DNA from: Oscillospiraceae bacterium
GTDB lineage: Bacteria; Bacillota; Clostridia; Oscillospirales; CAG-382
Reading direction: 5' to 3'
Length of the DNA stretch: 64,000 nt
NCBI GenBank assembly: GCA_015064625.1
Contig: SVRW01000001.1
Location: forward strand, 132,884-196,883
The notes below the pieces were generated by a model. That model saw only the letters and a program-made list of their open reading frames with translations, did no database searches and was not told the origin of the DNA. Shown here one piece after another: positions 28,599-39,137 of the stretch. Made by a program: the position numbers and the translations under genes. Position 1 is the stretch's first letter, and each line of letters opens with the position of its first letter.

Positions 28599-29345
28599 TT
28601 ATTCAAAATAATTATTATCGTAAAAAACCTTATTCAGATACAAACCACAAGCAGGCATCGTTTGACCAGCAAGTGTTCTGTCCTTGGCTGAAATAATATC
28701 ACCAATGGACTGAGTTATTTTCCCCTCGCACGAATTTATAATAGTTCCAACCATAATCCGAACCATGTTGTATAAAAATCCGTCACCGCAAACCTTGAAG
28801 AAAACTTCGTTTCCTTCACGCCATGCATCAAAGGAATAAATTGTCCTTACCGTATCTGTAACTGTTGAACCCGCTGCCATAAATGAAGCAAAATCAAAAG
28901 TTCCTACAAATTGCGATGCAATCTCTCTACATTTTATTTCATCCAACGGGCGTTTATACATATATGCTCTGTCAACAGAAAAAGGGTCTCTGATTCTTGA
29001 ATTATAAATCTTATAAATATATTCTTTTTTCAAGGCTGAAAATCTTGGATGAAAATCTTCGGGAACTGATACCGCAGAACTTACAGATATATCGCAAGGC
29101 AAGTACGTATTCAAAGCAAGGGGAATTTTTTTGGCATCAAAAGAAGGTGCATCAAAAACAGAACAAACGTATTCCATCGCATGAACGCCTGCATCGGTCC
29201 TACTGCAACCATGTACAGTAAGCTCCTTGCAAAATATTTTTTTTACAGCATTTTGCATAGCACCCTGTATTGTTGGCACATTGGGTTGAAGCTGCCATCC
29301 GCTGTAATTCGTTCCAAGATATGATAGCTTTATAGCAAAATTCAT
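28599..29345 (-). CDS. truA: tRNA pseudouridine(38-40) synthase
   Basis: The ORF begins KLSYLGTNYSGWQ and has the catalytic Asp context GCSRTDAGVHA. It occupies the canonical position after ecfT. Confidence 0.9.
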   Translation of the reverse strand: MNFAIKLSYLGTNYSGWQLQPNVPTIQGAMQNAVKKIFCKELTVHGCSRTDAGVHAMEYVCSVFDAPSFDAKKIPLALNTYLPCDISVSSAVSVPEDFHPRFSALKKEYIYKIYNSRIRDPFSVDRAYMYKRPLDEIKCREIASQFVGTFDFASFMAAGSTVTDTVRTIYSFDAWREGNEVFFKVCGDGFLYNMVRIMVGTIINSCEGKITQSIGDIISAKDRTLAGQTMPACGLYLNKVFYDNNYFE

Positions 29346-29362
29346 AATTTCCTCTTGAAAAA

Positions 29363-30181
29363 TTATATAAAGAAAAACTCAGGTCTGTTAAAAATCAAAA
29401 CCAATACGAGAACTAAAACAAAGCAGAATAAAACGACAAAATCCGTCCATTTCAAATGGAGCTGTTTCATTCTTGTATGACCTACACCTCTGTTATAGCA
29501 TCTGCATTCCATAGCATCCGCCAAGTCTCCTGCCCTTCTGAACGCAGAAACAAAGAGAGGAATCAATATAGGAACAAAGGCTTTTACTCTTTTTATCAGC
29601 CCACCAGAATCGAAATCTGCCCCTCTCGCCTTTTGTGCGGAAATTATTTTGTTCGTTTCCTCTATAAACGTTGGTATAAATCTCAAAGCAATACTCATCA
29701 TCATCGCGAAATCGTGAACGTGAATATTGAATAAAGTCAAAGGCTTCAAAAGCTTTTCTATTCCCTCGGTCAAATCAAGTGGTAGGGTTGTATATGATAT
29801 CAGAACAAAGCTTCCGCAAAGCATACAAACGAATCTGATAATAAGATATACGGAATTTAATATTCCTTCTTTGTATATCTCTATGAATTTCCACTTAAAT
29901 AAAAGAGTATCACCTTTTGATATGAACAACGTAATAGCAGTGGTGATGAGAATAATAAAAATCAACGATTTTAAATTTTTCAATATCAACTTGAATGGAA
30001 TTCTTGAAACAGCAACAAGTAAAACCACAGATAAAAATGATATCAAATACGATACAGGAGATTTTGAAATCAAAACTGTGACAAGAAAAACAATAAGTGA
30101 TAACAATTTTATTCTGGGGTCAGCTTTGTGTATAGGAGAATCTGCGGAATAATACTGCCCCAAGGTTATATCTTTAAGCAT
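29363..30181 (-). CDS. ecfT: ECF transporter transmembrane (T) component
   Basis: The ORF is 272 aa and polytopic. It has the conserved coupling-helix region AQKARGADF. It follows two EcfA genes. Confidence 0.85.
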   Translation of the reverse strand: MLKDITLGQYYSADSPIHKADPRIKLLSLIVFLVTVLISKSPVSYLISFLSVVLLVAVSRIPFKLILKNLKSLIFIILITTAITLFISKGDTLLFKWKFIEIYKEGILNSVYLIIRFVCMLCGSFVLISYTTLPLDLTEGIEKLLKPLTLFNIHVHDFAMMMSIALRFIPTFIEETNKIISAQKARGADFDSGGLIKRVKAFVPILIPLFVSAFRRAGDLADAMECRCYNRGVGHTRMKQLHLKWTDFVVLFCFVLVLVLVLIFNRPEFFFI

Positions 30182-30193
30182 TTATATTTACAC

Positions 30194-31045
30194 TCATTTT
30201 TCTAATATTTTAAGAAGTTTTCTGTAAGCATATTCAATGGTATAAACTGAATTTTCTTTACATATTCCACGCTTTTCCAGTTCTATAAAAAGCTTTGTTA
30301 TCTGTGGAAGGTCAAGACCAGCAGAAAAAAGCCTTTCTGCTTTTGAAAAAGTTTCTTCAACTGTTCCAAAACTAAAAACTTTTCCCTCGTTCAGAACAAG
30401 GATATAATCCGAGTATTTCGCTATATCCTCCATACTGTGAGATATAATTATAGTTGTATTCCCTTTTTCAGCGGAATTTTTCACAATACCGCCTAATATT
30501 TCTTCACGTCCTACAGGGTCAAGTCCCGAAGCAGGTTCGTCAAGCACAAGAACAGAAGGTTCCATAGCAACAATACCTGCTATTGCAACACGTCTTTTTT
30601 GTCCGCCTGAAAGTTCAAATGGGGATTTATTCATAACTGACGGTTCGATACCACAAAATTTCGCAGCGTTCTCCACACGAGAATTCACCTCATCAATTGA
30701 AAGCCCCATGTTTTTAGGTCCGAAGGCAATATCCTCTCTTACAGTTTCACCAAAAAGCTGATATTCGGGATATTGAAAGGATAATCCCACCTTGAAACGA
30801 ACGCTTTTTATATTCTTTGGTTCTTCCCATATATCTTTTCCGTCAAGCAATATCTGACCGCTTGAAGGCTTCATCAGACCGTTGAGTAATGATGCCAGGG
30901 TTGACTTTCCACTCCCTGTTCTACCTATAATTCCGATTATTTTACCTTCGGGAAAATCTATATCCACATTGTCAAGTGCAGTTTTTGAAAATGAAGATTC
31001 TTCATTATAAACCACGGAAACATTCTTTAATTGAAGAGAAGGCAT
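30194..31045 (-). CDS. ecfA2: ECF transporter ATPase EcfA2
   Basis: The Walker A motif is GRTGSGKST, the signature LSGGQKRRVAIAG and the Walker B VLVLDEP. Confidence 0.85.
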   Translation of the reverse strand: MPSLQLKNVSVVYNEESSFSKTALDNVDIDFPEGKIIGIIGRTGSGKSTLASLLNGLMKPSSGQILLDGKDIWEEPKNIKSVRFKVGLSFQYPEYQLFGETVREDIAFGPKNMGLSIDEVNSRVENAAKFCGIEPSVMNKSPFELSGGQKRRVAIAGIVAMEPSVLVLDEPASGLDPVGREEILGGIVKNSAEKGNTTIIISHSMEDIAKYSDYILVLNEGKVFSFGTVEETFSKAERLFSAGLDLPQITKLFIELEKRGICKENSVYTIEYAYRKLLKILEK

Positions 31046-31071
31046 ATCGTACCCTTTCTTTGCGTTTGTAA

Positions 31072-31908
31072 TTACTTGTTTTGAAGATAGCTTTCTATTA
31101 CATCTGCTGCTTCCATTGTGTGAAGTATTCCCTTGGGGAATGGGAAGCCATCATCTATAAGCATTTCCGAAAGCTGTGTTATCTGAGGTGATGCAAGAGA
31201 AACAGAGTTAAGCATCTTTACATCAGAAAAAATATCTTTAGGTGTTCCGTCACCTATTATTTTTGATTTATTGAGTACAATTATTCTGTCCGCCTCAACC
31301 GCTTCACTCATATAATGGGTTATAGTTATTACCGTAATACCATTTTCTTTGTTGAGCTTTTTCATAGCGGCTATAATATCTTTTCTGCCCTCTGGGTCAA
31401 GCATTGAGGTTGCTTCATCGAATATAATACAACGAGGTCTCATAGCAAGAATACCAGCTATTGCAACTCTTTGCTTCTGACCGCCTGAAAGTTGACTTGT
31501 AGAACGCTTTGCATAAGCTTCCATACCAACGGTTTTTAAAGCTTCATCGACGATTTTACGTATTTCCGAAGGTTCTACTCCTAAATTTTCTGGAGCAAAG
31601 GCAACGTCTTCCTCCACAACCGTAGCAACAAGTTGGTTATCAGGATTCTGAAATATCATACCGCAGGATTTTCGTATTTCGAAAAAATTCTCATCATCTG
31701 CCGTATCGATACCATTAACAGTGACTATACCGCTATTTGGGAGAAGAATACCGCATAAAATCTTAGCAAGGGTTGATTTTCCGCAACCGTTATGACCGAT
31801 TATGGCAACGTACTCCCCTTCTTTTATATCAAGATTGAAATTTTCAAACAAACTGTCCCCATCTCTGTAAGCAAAGGACATATTTTTTACTGAAATATAA
31901 TTGTTCAT
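31072..31908 (-). CDS. ecfA1: ECF transporter ATPase EcfA1
   Basis: The Walker A motif is GHNGCGKST, the signature LSGGQKQRVAIAG and the Walker B IIFDEATS. Confidence 0.85.
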   Translation of the reverse strand: MNNYISVKNMSFAYRDGDSLFENFNLDIKEGEYVAIIGHNGCGKSTLAKILCGILLPNSGIVTVNGIDTADDENFFEIRKSCGMIFQNPDNQLVATVVEEDVAFAPENLGVEPSEIRKIVDEALKTVGMEAYAKRSTSQLSGGQKQRVAIAGILAMRPRCIIFDEATSMLDPEGRKDIIAAMKKLNKENGITVITITHYMSEAVEADRIIVLNKSKIIGDGTPKDIFSDVKMLNSVSLASPQITQLSEMLIDDGFPFPKGILHTMEAADVIESYLQNK

Positions 31909-31929
31909 TACATTACCATTCTTTATAAT

Positions 31930-32790
31930 TTATGGTGTCCAACGGCTTGAAGCTCCACAAGGCAAACAAACTCCGTCTGCCGTTACAGGAATTCCAAGCT
32001 CTTTATTTTCTACCTTACCACCAAATTTTTTGCAGATATTGGAATGGAGAATATATCCACAGCTTGATGGTGAAAGCCCCGTTGTATAGGAATTAAGCAA
32101 AACGAACAAAGGTTTATCGGATATCAAAAGAGAAATGGATGCAATAAGAGAATCCAAGTCTTTTTCTATCATCCACTTTTCTCCTCCAGGTCCCCTTCCA
32201 TACGAAGGAGGGTCAAGTATTATGGCATCATAAAAATTACCGCGTCTGATTTCACGGCTTACAAATTTGAAGCAATCGTCTACAATATATCTTATTGAAT
32301 CGGCTGAAACGCCTGAAAGATTTGCATTGATTTTTGCTTTCTGAACCATACCTTTTGAAGCATCAACGTGACATACCTTCGCACCCGCTTTAGCACACGC
32401 AACACTTGCCGCACCCGTATATCCAAAAAGATTCAGAACGCTTATCGGCCTTTTGGCTTTTTTAATAAGTCCTGACATCCAATCCCAATTCACAGCCTGT
32501 TCGGGAAAAATTCCCGTATGCTTGAATCCCATGGGAGAAATACAGAATTTCAAATCCCCATAGGAAATCTGCCATTCTTCAGGAACCTTCTTCTTTATCC
32601 AAGCTCCGCCACCTTCGCTGGAACGTCTGTATATGGCATCAGCCTTTGTCCAAAGCTCTGAATATTTTTCACCCTTCCATATTACCTGCGGGTCGGGACG
32701 AACAAGATGGTATTTCCCCCATCGTTCAAGCCTTTCACCATCGGCAACCTCAAGAAGCTCATAATCTATCCATTTGTCTGAAACAAACAT
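31930..32790 (-). CDS. class I SAM-dependent methyltransferase (RlmI/COG1092-like catalytic domain without PUA)
   Basis: Motif I is VLNLFGYTGAASVA and motif IV is AIILDPPSYGRG. Confidence 0.65.
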   Translation of the reverse strand: MFVSDKWIDYELLEVADGERLERWGKYHLVRPDPQVIWKGEKYSELWTKADAIYRRSSEGGGAWIKKKVPEEWQISYGDLKFCISPMGFKHTGIFPEQAVNWDWMSGLIKKAKRPISVLNLFGYTGAASVACAKAGAKVCHVDASKGMVQKAKINANLSGVSADSIRYIVDDCFKFVSREIRRGNFYDAIILDPPSYGRGPGGEKWMIEKDLDSLIASISLLISDKPLFVLLNSYTTGLSPSSCGYILHSNICKKFGGKVENKELGIPVTADGVCLPCGASSRWTP

Positions 32791-32792
32791 AT

Positions 32793-33866
32793 TTATTCTT
32801 CCTCGCTGTCAAATAATCCGCTCTGATAAGCATTTATTTTTTTAGGAAGCGGTATACCAAGATGTTTATAAGCAGAAGATGTTGCAACCCTTCCTCTTGG
32901 CGTTCTGTTTATAAAACCAAGCTGTAACAAATAGGGCTCGTACACGTCTTCAAGAGTTACAGTTTCTTCATTGGTAATTGCCGCAAGCGTTTCAAGTCCT
33001 ACAGGACCTCCGCCAAAATGATTTATAATTGCCTCAAGCATTCGTTTGTCCGTAGAATCCAAGCCAAGCTCGTCAATATCAAGGCTTTTCAATGACATAT
33101 CTGCTATTTCCTGACTTATGATTCCATCACCCTTGATATCAGCAAAATCTCTTACACGCTTTAACAATCTGTTGGCAATTCTCGGAGTTCCACGGGATCT
33201 TCTTGAGATCTCATAAGCACCCTCTGTGGTTATGTCTGTTTCAAGAATTCCTGCACTGCGGGTAACGATTTTAGCAAGCTCATCGGGGGTATATAATTCA
33301 AGTCTGAAAAGCATACCAAATCTGTCACGAAGGGGTGAGCTTAATTGTCCTGCACGAGTTGTAGCACCAATCAACGTAAAGGGTTTGAGAGGTATTCTTA
33401 TACTTCTTGCAGAAGGACCTTTACCCATCATAAGATCAAGGACGAAATCCTCCATTGCAGGATACAAAACCTCTTCAACCGCTCTCGAAAGTCTATGAAT
33501 TTCATCGATAAACAAAATATCGTTTTCTTCCAGAGTTGTAAGTAAAGCGGCAAGGTCCCCTGCTTTTTCAATAGCAGGTCCTGAAGTTATTTTCAGATTT
33601 ACGCCAAGCTCGGAAGCAATAATAACGGAAAGAGTTGTTTTACCAAGACCTGGAGGGCCATGAAGCAGAACGTGATCAAGACATTCTCCACGTTTTTTTG
33701 CCGCCTGCATAAAAACACGAAGATTTTCCTTAACCTTTTCCTGACCGACGTATTCTTCAAGAGTTTTCGGTCTTAAAGAAATTTCGGTATCCATATCGCT
33801 GATACAGCTGCCCGCATCTAATATTCTGTTATCAAAATCAAAATCCTGATTTGAATTTATTGCCAT
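32793..33866 (-). CDS. ruvB: Holliday junction branch migration helicase RuvB
   Basis: The ORF has [18 protein letters not shown], the Walker A motif GPPGLGKTT, the Walker B FIDEIHRL, and GATTRAG. Confidence 0.95.
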   Translation of the reverse strand: MAINSNQDFDFDNRILDAGSCISDMDTEISLRPKTLEEYVGQEKVKENLRVFMQAAKKRGECLDHVLLHGPPGLGKTTLSVIIASELGVNLKITSGPAIEKAGDLAALLTTLEENDILFIDEIHRLSRAVEEVLYPAMEDFVLDLMMGKGPSARSIRIPLKPFTLIGATTRAGQLSSPLRDRFGMLFRLELYTPDELAKIVTRSAGILETDITTEGAYEISRRSRGTPRIANRLLKRVRDFADIKGDGIISQEIADMSLKSLDIDELGLDSTDKRMLEAIINHFGGGPVGLETLAAITNEETVTLEDVYEPYLLQLGFINRTPRGRVATSSAYKHLGIPLPKKINAYQSGLFDSEEE

Positions 33867-33877
33867 ATTTCAACACC

Positions 33878-34468
33878 TCATTGTTTGGCAAGAATTTTAA
33901 GAGCGTTTGTTATAATCTCTGCGGTATCACCGCTTTTATCAATTTTTTCAATTACTTTCAGCACCAAAGAACGCTGATATCCCAATGCAACTAAAGTATT
34001 TACCGCATCGGAAACCATAGAACTGTTAGGTATTGATACAGATGTTCTTTCCCCAACTGAAACGTTAGGTAATTTGTCCTTCAATTCAATAATTATTTTT
34101 TGTGCCGTTTTCAAACCGATTCCCTGCGCGCATGACAAAGCTCTGGAATCTCCCGAAGCAATAACGTCACACAAGCTTGCAGTACTGAAATAAGAGAGAA
34201 TAGATATAGCACCTTTAGGTCCTACACCTGAAACGGAAATAAGCTTTTTAAATATTTCAAGTTCTTCTTCTGTTGAAAAACCGTATATATCCTGCGCATC
34301 CTCTCTGATAATAAGGGTTGTATAAAACAAAACTTCCTCATTAAGCTTTATAGCAAACTGATTTTTCGTCGAAAGGCTGGTATATATTTTGAAGCAAACG
34401 CCGCCACAGTCAACAGCGGCAAAATTATCCATAAGAAGCTCAAGTTTTCCCTTGATGTAATAAAACAT
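33878..34468 (-). CDS. ruvA: Holliday junction DNA-binding protein RuvA
   Basis: The ORF begins MFYYIKGKL and has the HhH repeats LISVSGVGPKGA / AQGIGLKTAQKI. It lies between ruvC and ruvB. Confidence 0.9.
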   Translation of the reverse strand: MFYYIKGKLELLMDNFAAVDCGGVCFKIYTSLSTKNQFAIKLNEEVLFYTTLIIREDAQDIYGFSTEEELEIFKKLISVSGVGPKGAISILSYFSTASLCDVIASGDSRALSCAQGIGLKTAQKIIIELKDKLPNVSVGERTSVSIPNSSMVSDAVNTLVALGYQRSLVLKVIEKIDKSGDTAEIITNALKILAKQ

Positions 34469-34471
34469 AAA

Positions 34472-34963
34472 TTACTCCTTTTTAGCTGTTGTATGCATTG
34501 AAAAGTTAGCGTGACATATAGCAATAGCAAGAGCATCTGCAGTATCATCAGGTTTAGGTGCAGATTTAAGGTTTAATAAAACCTTTATCATATACATAAC
34601 CTGCTGTTTTTCAGCTCTGCCATATCCAACGACACTGCTTTTAACCTGCAAAGGCGTATACTCAAACAAATCGATTCCTGATTTCGCAATGGCTGTAAGA
34701 ATAGCACCTCGCCCTTGAGCAACGTCTATAGCGGTTTTAACATTTTTGTTAAAAAACAATTCTTCAATAGCAACAGCATCAGGAGAATGTCTTTTAATAA
34801 GCTCTGTTACACCTTCATATATCTCAAGCAAACGTTTCTCAAGGAGAACACCTGCCTTGGTTGTTATCGTTCCATAATCTATAGGATAAAACTTACCGTT
34901 AACCGCGGAAATCACCCCATAACCTACGGTTGCTATCCCAGGATCGATTCCTAAAATAATCAT
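34472..34963 (-). CDS. ruvC: crossover junction endodeoxyribonuclease RuvC
   Basis: The motifs are MIILGIDPGIATVGYGV, AIEELFF and DDTADALAIAICH. I prefer the start at ATG 34963 over 34987. Confidence 0.9.
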   Translation of the reverse strand: MIILGIDPGIATVGYGVISAVNGKFYPIDYGTITTKAGVLLEKRLLEIYEGVTELIKRHSPDAVAIEELFFNKNVKTAIDVAQGRGAILTAIAKSGIDLFEYTPLQVKSSVVGYGRAEKQQVMYMIKVLLNLKSAPKPDDTADALAIAICHANFSMHTTAKKE

Positions 34964-35058
34964 TTCTTTGCACCCGTCCGAAAGCATTTCTTTTAAACTT
35001 TATTTTACCACATTACGTTTTTATAGTCAATATATTTTTTATGACGTATTGTAACATT

Positions 35059-36498
35059 TTACACCGTCAACAACTCTTTCTGAGTTTGACGCTTAAGTTC
35101 CACCATAATGCTTATTTGTATCGGAAGCGCTAAAGCAAAAGAACAAAAATCTGATATTGTTTGAGCAAGCAAAACTCCGTTTATTCCAAGAATCATAGGA
35201 GCAATAATTATTGCGGGAATGAAAAACATCCCTTGTCTTGCAATAGCAAGTACAGAAGCACGTACAACCTTACCCATACTCTGAAGCATCATATTGCTCA
35301 TAATAACAATCCCCATAAAAGGAAGTGATATACATTGGTACCTTAAGGCTACAGCTCCTAATTCGATAACCTTCGGGTCATCCCTTACAATTCTGATAAG
35401 CTGTGGTGCTAAAGCAGTATAGATTAAAGACATCACCAGTAAAAAAACAGTAGCTACAACACCGCAGAATTTGAATGCTTCTCTGACTCTGTCATATAGC
35501 TTTGCACCGTAGTTAAAGGCACATACAGGCTGAAATCCCTGACCGAAACCGATTAGTGCTGAGGAGGCGAAAAACATAACTTTAGTAACAACACTCATAG
35601 CAGTTATTGCAATATCTGCCGCTTTCAACGCAAGCTCTTCCGTTATGGCGGATTCAGATACTCCAAGGATATAAGCCGCCTCTGCAAATCCATATTCCCC
35701 TGCAACTCTATTAAGTGTTAACGAGGCAATGCTTGAAAGTCCCTGCCTTAAAAGAGAGGGCGCACCGCCTATACATATTTCTTTATATAATGACAAGGAA
35801 GGAACAAAATTTTTAAGTTTTATGGTAAGGCAATCTGTTTTGATATTCATAAAAATCAGAATAGTAAAACTGATTATCTGACTTATAACTGTTGCCAATG
35901 CGGCGCCAGCCGTTCCCATTCCAAAGGTTGTGATGAGAAGAGGGTCGAGAAATATATTTATAATAGCACCTGTCGTTATTCCAATCATGGAATATGCTGC
36001 ATTCCCCTGAAAACGTATCTGATTATTCAGAACGTATGATCCCATCATGAAAGGTGCGCCAACAAGTAAAACCTTTATGTAGTCTTTAGCATATGGAGCG
36101 TTTGTTGTAGTTGCCCCCAAAGAATAAACCAAGGGATTCAGAAAGATATACCCCAATATTGCAATAACAGTTCCAAGAATTAAAGATGAAAAGAAACCAA
36201 CGGATGCCATTTTTTTCGCAGATTCGGTATCTTTATTGCCTAGTGAACGTGAAATAAAATTTCCCGAACCAAATCCGCAAAAGAATCCCAACGCCTGAAT
36301 AACAGCCATAACAGGCAAGGCAACTCCAACACCTGCGGAAGCACTATTCCCCATTCCACCCACAAAAAAAGTATCTGCCATATTATAAAAGGACGATACA
36401 AGCATACTTATTATAGTTGGAATTGCAAGCTTGGGAATCAACCGTTTCAACGGCTGTTTCGTCATCATATTAAATTTATTTTGTTGAGCGGTATCCAT
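35059..36498 (-). CDS. MATE-family efflux transporter
   Basis: The ORF is 479 aa with 12 predicted TM segments. The N-terminal PLKRLIPKLAIPTIISMLVSSFYNMADTFFVG is typical of MATE/DinF-NorM proteins. Confidence 0.8.
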   Translation of the reverse strand: MDTAQQNKFNMMTKQPLKRLIPKLAIPTIISMLVSSFYNMADTFFVGGMGNSASAGVGVALPVMAVIQALGFFCGFGSGNFISRSLGNKDTESAKKMASVGFFSSLILGTVIAILGYIFLNPLVYSLGATTTNAPYAKDYIKVLLVGAPFMMGSYVLNNQIRFQGNAAYSMIGITTGAIINIFLDPLLITTFGMGTAGAALATVISQIISFTILIFMNIKTDCLTIKLKNFVPSLSLYKEICIGGAPSLLRQGLSSIASLTLNRVAGEYGFAEAAYILGVSESAITEELALKAADIAITAMSVVTKVMFFASSALIGFGQGFQPVCAFNYGAKLYDRVREAFKFCGVVATVFLLVMSLIYTALAPQLIRIVRDDPKVIELGAVALRYQCISLPFMGIVIMSNMMLQSMGKVVRASVLAIARQGMFFIPAIIIAPMILGINGVLLAQTISDFCSFALALPIQISIMVELKRQTQKELLTV

Positions 36499-36532
36499 AT
36501 TTTTATCCTTTTCAATTTATCACATCGTTTAA

Positions 36533-36559
36533 AAAAACTCGTTCAGAAGAACGAGTTTT
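36533..36559 (-). terminator. intrinsic terminator directly after tRNA-Arg
   Basis: The hairpin is AACTCGTTC-agaa-GAACGAGTT. On the minus strand a run of 7 T follows. Confidence 0.8.
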
Positions 36560-36636
36560 TGGCCTGCCCGACAGGATTCGAACCTGCGACCTTGAGAGTC
36601 GGAGTCTCATGCGCTATCCAGCTGTGCCACGGGCAG
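36560..36636 (-). tRNA. tRNA-Arg (anticodon CCG), CCA encoded
   Basis: The minus strand reads CTGCCCG-TG-GCAC-AGCTGGATA-GCGC-A-TGAGA-CTCCGAC-TCTCA-AGGTC-GCAGG-TTCGAAT-CCTGT-CGGGCAG-G-CCA. This folds as a cloverleaf with a 7-bp acceptor stem, a TTCGAAT T-loop and the anticodon loop CT-CCG-AC. Confidence 0.9.
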
Positions 36637-36642
36637 AACTAT

Positions 36643-37077
36643 TTATTTGCGTTCGTCTCCATCTGTTTTTTTCATAGCGTTCTTTATTCTGTACTGCAAA
36701 AAGCATTTCAAACATTGAAATGATGTCAATAACGTGAAAATAATAAATAATACAACTGTATAAAAGCAGAGTAATCCATTTATCAATCCAGCAAAATAGA
36801 GTACAATTTCAAGAACAAGAGATATAGCTACCGAAGGTAAATAATAAAATACTATGTCTTCCACAATATATTTTGAAAGCTTTTTATCTCTATCCGTAAA
36901 TTTTATAAAATAAGAATTGATATAAAAAGGAATCAAATAGACTATTGCCATCATCAGAATGAACAACAAGTCATAATTCGGAAAAAGGGAAACAAGCAGA
37001 TAAAACAAAACGATTTGAACCAAGGAATATATCATCTTAAATCTTGAACCAAAAGCTTTTTCTTTTTTTTCTGACAT
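36643..37077 (-). CDS. hypothetical polytopic membrane protein
   Basis: The ORF is 144 aa with four hydrophobic segments. I recognise no family. Confidence 0.45.
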   Translation of the reverse strand: MSEKKEKAFGSRFKMIYSLVQIVLFYLLVSLFPNYDLLFILMMAIVYLIPFYINSYFIKFTDRDKKLSKYIVEDIVFYYLPSVAISLVLEIVLYFAGLINGLLCFYTVVLFIIFTLLTSFQCLKCFLQYRIKNAMKKTDGDERK

Positions 37078-37111
37078 TTTGTTTCCCTTTCCTGCTATTT
37101 ACCTTACAAAA

Positions 37112-38773
37112 TCAGTTATGAGCTTCGCTCTGCTTTCTTATAGTATCTCTCTTGATTTTACCACTTGTTGTTTTTGGAAGCTGTTCCACGAATTCAACAA
37201 TTCGAGGATACTTATAAGGAGCAGTTGCCTGTTTTACGTGATTCTGAATTTCTTTCTTCAACTCATCAGAAGGTGTATACCCTTTTGCAAGAACTATTGT
37301 TGCCTTTATAACCTGTCCTCTTACAGGATCGGGAGCACCAGTTACAGCACATTCAAGAACAGAAGGATGAGTCATCAAAGCACTTTCAACCTCAAAAGGC
37401 CCTATTCTGTAACCAGAACTCTTGATAACGTCATCAGAACGTCCTTCAAACCAATAATAGCCGTCGTTATCACGTCTTGCTGTATCCCCCGTATCGTACC
37501 AATCGTTATAAAATGATTTTTTGTTTGCTTCTTCATCGTCAAGATATCCTTTGAAAAGTCCTGTAGGATAGAGCTTGGAAAGATTTTTTATAACTATATG
37601 TCCAACTATACCGTCTTCGCAACTCGTTCCGTCGGGATTGACTATATCAACGTCAAAAACAGGTGATGGTTTACCCGTAGAACCTGGTTTAATTTCGATG
37701 CCTGGATAGTTCGCAAGAATAACGGGGGTTTCCGTCTGTCCGAATCCCTCTGTAAGAGACAGTCCTGTAAGCTCCTTGAATTTGTTGAAAACTTCAGGAT
37801 TAAGAGGTTCGCCCGCTATAGAACATTGCTTTATGGACTTGAAGCTATCTGGATAATTTTGCAAATCCTCTTTGATAAGGAATCTGTAAATCGTAGGAGG
37901 AGCACAAAAAGTTGTAAGTTGAAGTTCAGCCAAAAGGTTCAGCGTATTGGCAGCATTGAATTTTTCGTTGTCGTAAGCAACTATAACTGCACCGCAAATC
38001 CATTGTCCGTATATTTTTCCCCAGGCAAACTTAGCCCATCCCGAATCTGACATGGTAAGATGAAGTTTTCCATCCTCAACTCTTTGCCAATATTTAGCGG
38101 TAAGAATATGACCCACAGGATAAGTATAATCGTGAACGATCATTTTAGGGAATCCCGTTGTACCTGATGAAAAATATATAAGCATCTCATCAGAGTTTTT
38201 ATTAGGTATTCTTTCAAATTTATCGGAATATGTGTAAGCTTCTTTTCTGAAATCGATGAAGCCTTCGGGGACTTTTTCGCCTACTATAGCAACATGCTCA
38301 AGCTCGTTACATTCGGGAACTGATTCCTTTATACTTTCTGTCAATTCCGCATCATCAACGGATATTATCATCTTAACGTGAGCTTTATTGCAACGATAAA
38401 CAATATCTTTTTTAGTCAACTGAAACGTCGCTGGGATAGCAACAATGCCTGCTTTATGTAATGCAAGGAAACAAAGCCATGCCTCAGGTCTTTGCTTGCA
38501 CATAAACATTACTCTGTCACCCTTTTTAAGTCCCTTATCCATTAAAAAGTTAGCAACCTGGTTGGAAAGGCGAGTCAAATCCTTGAAAGTATATTTTTTT
38601 CTGTTTCCAAAATCATCACACCAAACAAGAGCAAGCTTGTTTTCATCCTGTTCGCCCCATGCATCTGCAACGTCATACGCAAAATTGAATCCTTCGGGAA
38701 CAGTTACTTTATAATTTGATTTGAAATCTTCATATGACTCAAATTCTGTTTTTTCTAAAAATTTTTCTAACAT
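37112..38773 (-). CDS. AMP-forming acyl-CoA synthetase (ACSM/acetyl-CoA-synthetase-like, ANL superfamily)
   Basis: The ANL motifs are YFSSGTTGFPKM, GEPLNPEV, EGFGQTE, YDTGDTARRDNDGYYWFEGRSDDVIKSSGYRIGPFEVE and PKTTSGKIKR. Confidence 0.85.
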   Translation of the reverse strand: MLEKFLEKTEFESYEDFKSNYKVTVPEGFNFAYDVADAWGEQDENKLALVWCDDFGNRKKYTFKDLTRLSNQVANFLMDKGLKKGDRVMFMCKQRPEAWLCFLALHKAGIVAIPATFQLTKKDIVYRCNKAHVKMIISVDDAELTESIKESVPECNELEHVAIVGEKVPEGFIDFRKEAYTYSDKFERIPNKNSDEMLIYFSSGTTGFPKMIVHDYTYPVGHILTAKYWQRVEDGKLHLTMSDSGWAKFAWGKIYGQWICGAVIVAYDNEKFNAANTLNLLAELQLTTFCAPPTIYRFLIKEDLQNYPDSFKSIKQCSIAGEPLNPEVFNKFKELTGLSLTEGFGQTETPVILANYPGIEIKPGSTGKPSPVFDVDIVNPDGTSCEDGIVGHIVIKNLSKLYPTGLFKGYLDDEEANKKSFYNDWYDTGDTARRDNDGYYWFEGRSDDVIKSSGYRIGPFEVESALMTHPSVLECAVTGAPDPVRGQVIKATIVLAKGYTPSDELKKEIQNHVKQATAPYKYPRIVEFVEQLPKTTSGKIKRDTIRKQSEAHN

Positions 38774-38807
38774 TTTAAAATACCTCGCCTTTTATACTAT
38801 CCTATAT

Positions 38808-38836
38808 ATTATACACATATAAATCAAAAAAGTCAA
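38808..38836 (-). promoter_or_regulatory. sigma-A promoter of the acyl-CoA synthetase gene (copy 1 of a duplicated promoter module)
   Basis: On the minus strand this reads TTGACT (38836-38831), a 17-nt spacer, then TATAAT (38813-38808). It ends about 35 nt upstream of the ATG at 38773. Confidence 0.65.
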
Positions 38837-38867
38837 TACTTTTGCGGTCAAAATGTATTTTATAAGC

Positions 38868-38913
38868 AAAAAAAGTGAATTCCCAAAGCAAATTAAACAC
38901 TTTGGAAATTCAC
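38868..38913 (-). terminator. intrinsic terminator closing the ORFan island
   Basis: The hairpin GTGAATTCCCAAAG-(11 nt)-CTTTGGAAATTCAC has a 14-bp stem with one mismatch. On the minus strand it is followed by TTTTTTT (38874-38868). Confidence 0.75.
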
Positions 38914-38963
38914 GTATATAAATTTATAAATAACAGAAAAAATAACCGTTATAGCGGTAAATA

Positions 38964-39137
38964 TGAAAAGAATTGCCGTTAAAGTGTTCAAAAAATGTTC
39001 GTCCACTGCAGCTTTTTTAAGTGTTTTATAAAGTTTTAGGACTTTGAAATTGAATTTTAGAAAATTTGACATTGGACGGAGCAGAAAACCAGCTTAAAAT
39101 CTCACTTTTTCAGTGGGGTCATTCCGTCCCCTGTCAG
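38964..39137. repeat. B-type repeat, copy 1 (174 bp)
   Basis: The repeat begins TGAAAAGAATTGCCG and ends CTTAAAATCTCACTTTTTCAGTGGGGTCATTCCGTCCCCTGTCAG. Its paralogue at 41078..41251 has identical length, conserved ends and a diverged middle. It contains the stop codon of ORF 39134..40027. Confidence 0.8.

Noticed and set aside
36481-36723. 80-aa plus-strand ORF spanning the tRNA-Arg locus
   Set aside because: It reads straight through the reverse complement of a canonical tRNA and its terminator, so it is not coding.
37079-37516. 145-aa plus-strand ORF at the 3' end of the acyl-CoA synthetase gene
   Set aside because: It is antisense to the conserved C-terminal ANL domain (PKTTSGKIKR and related motifs), so it is a shadow ORF.
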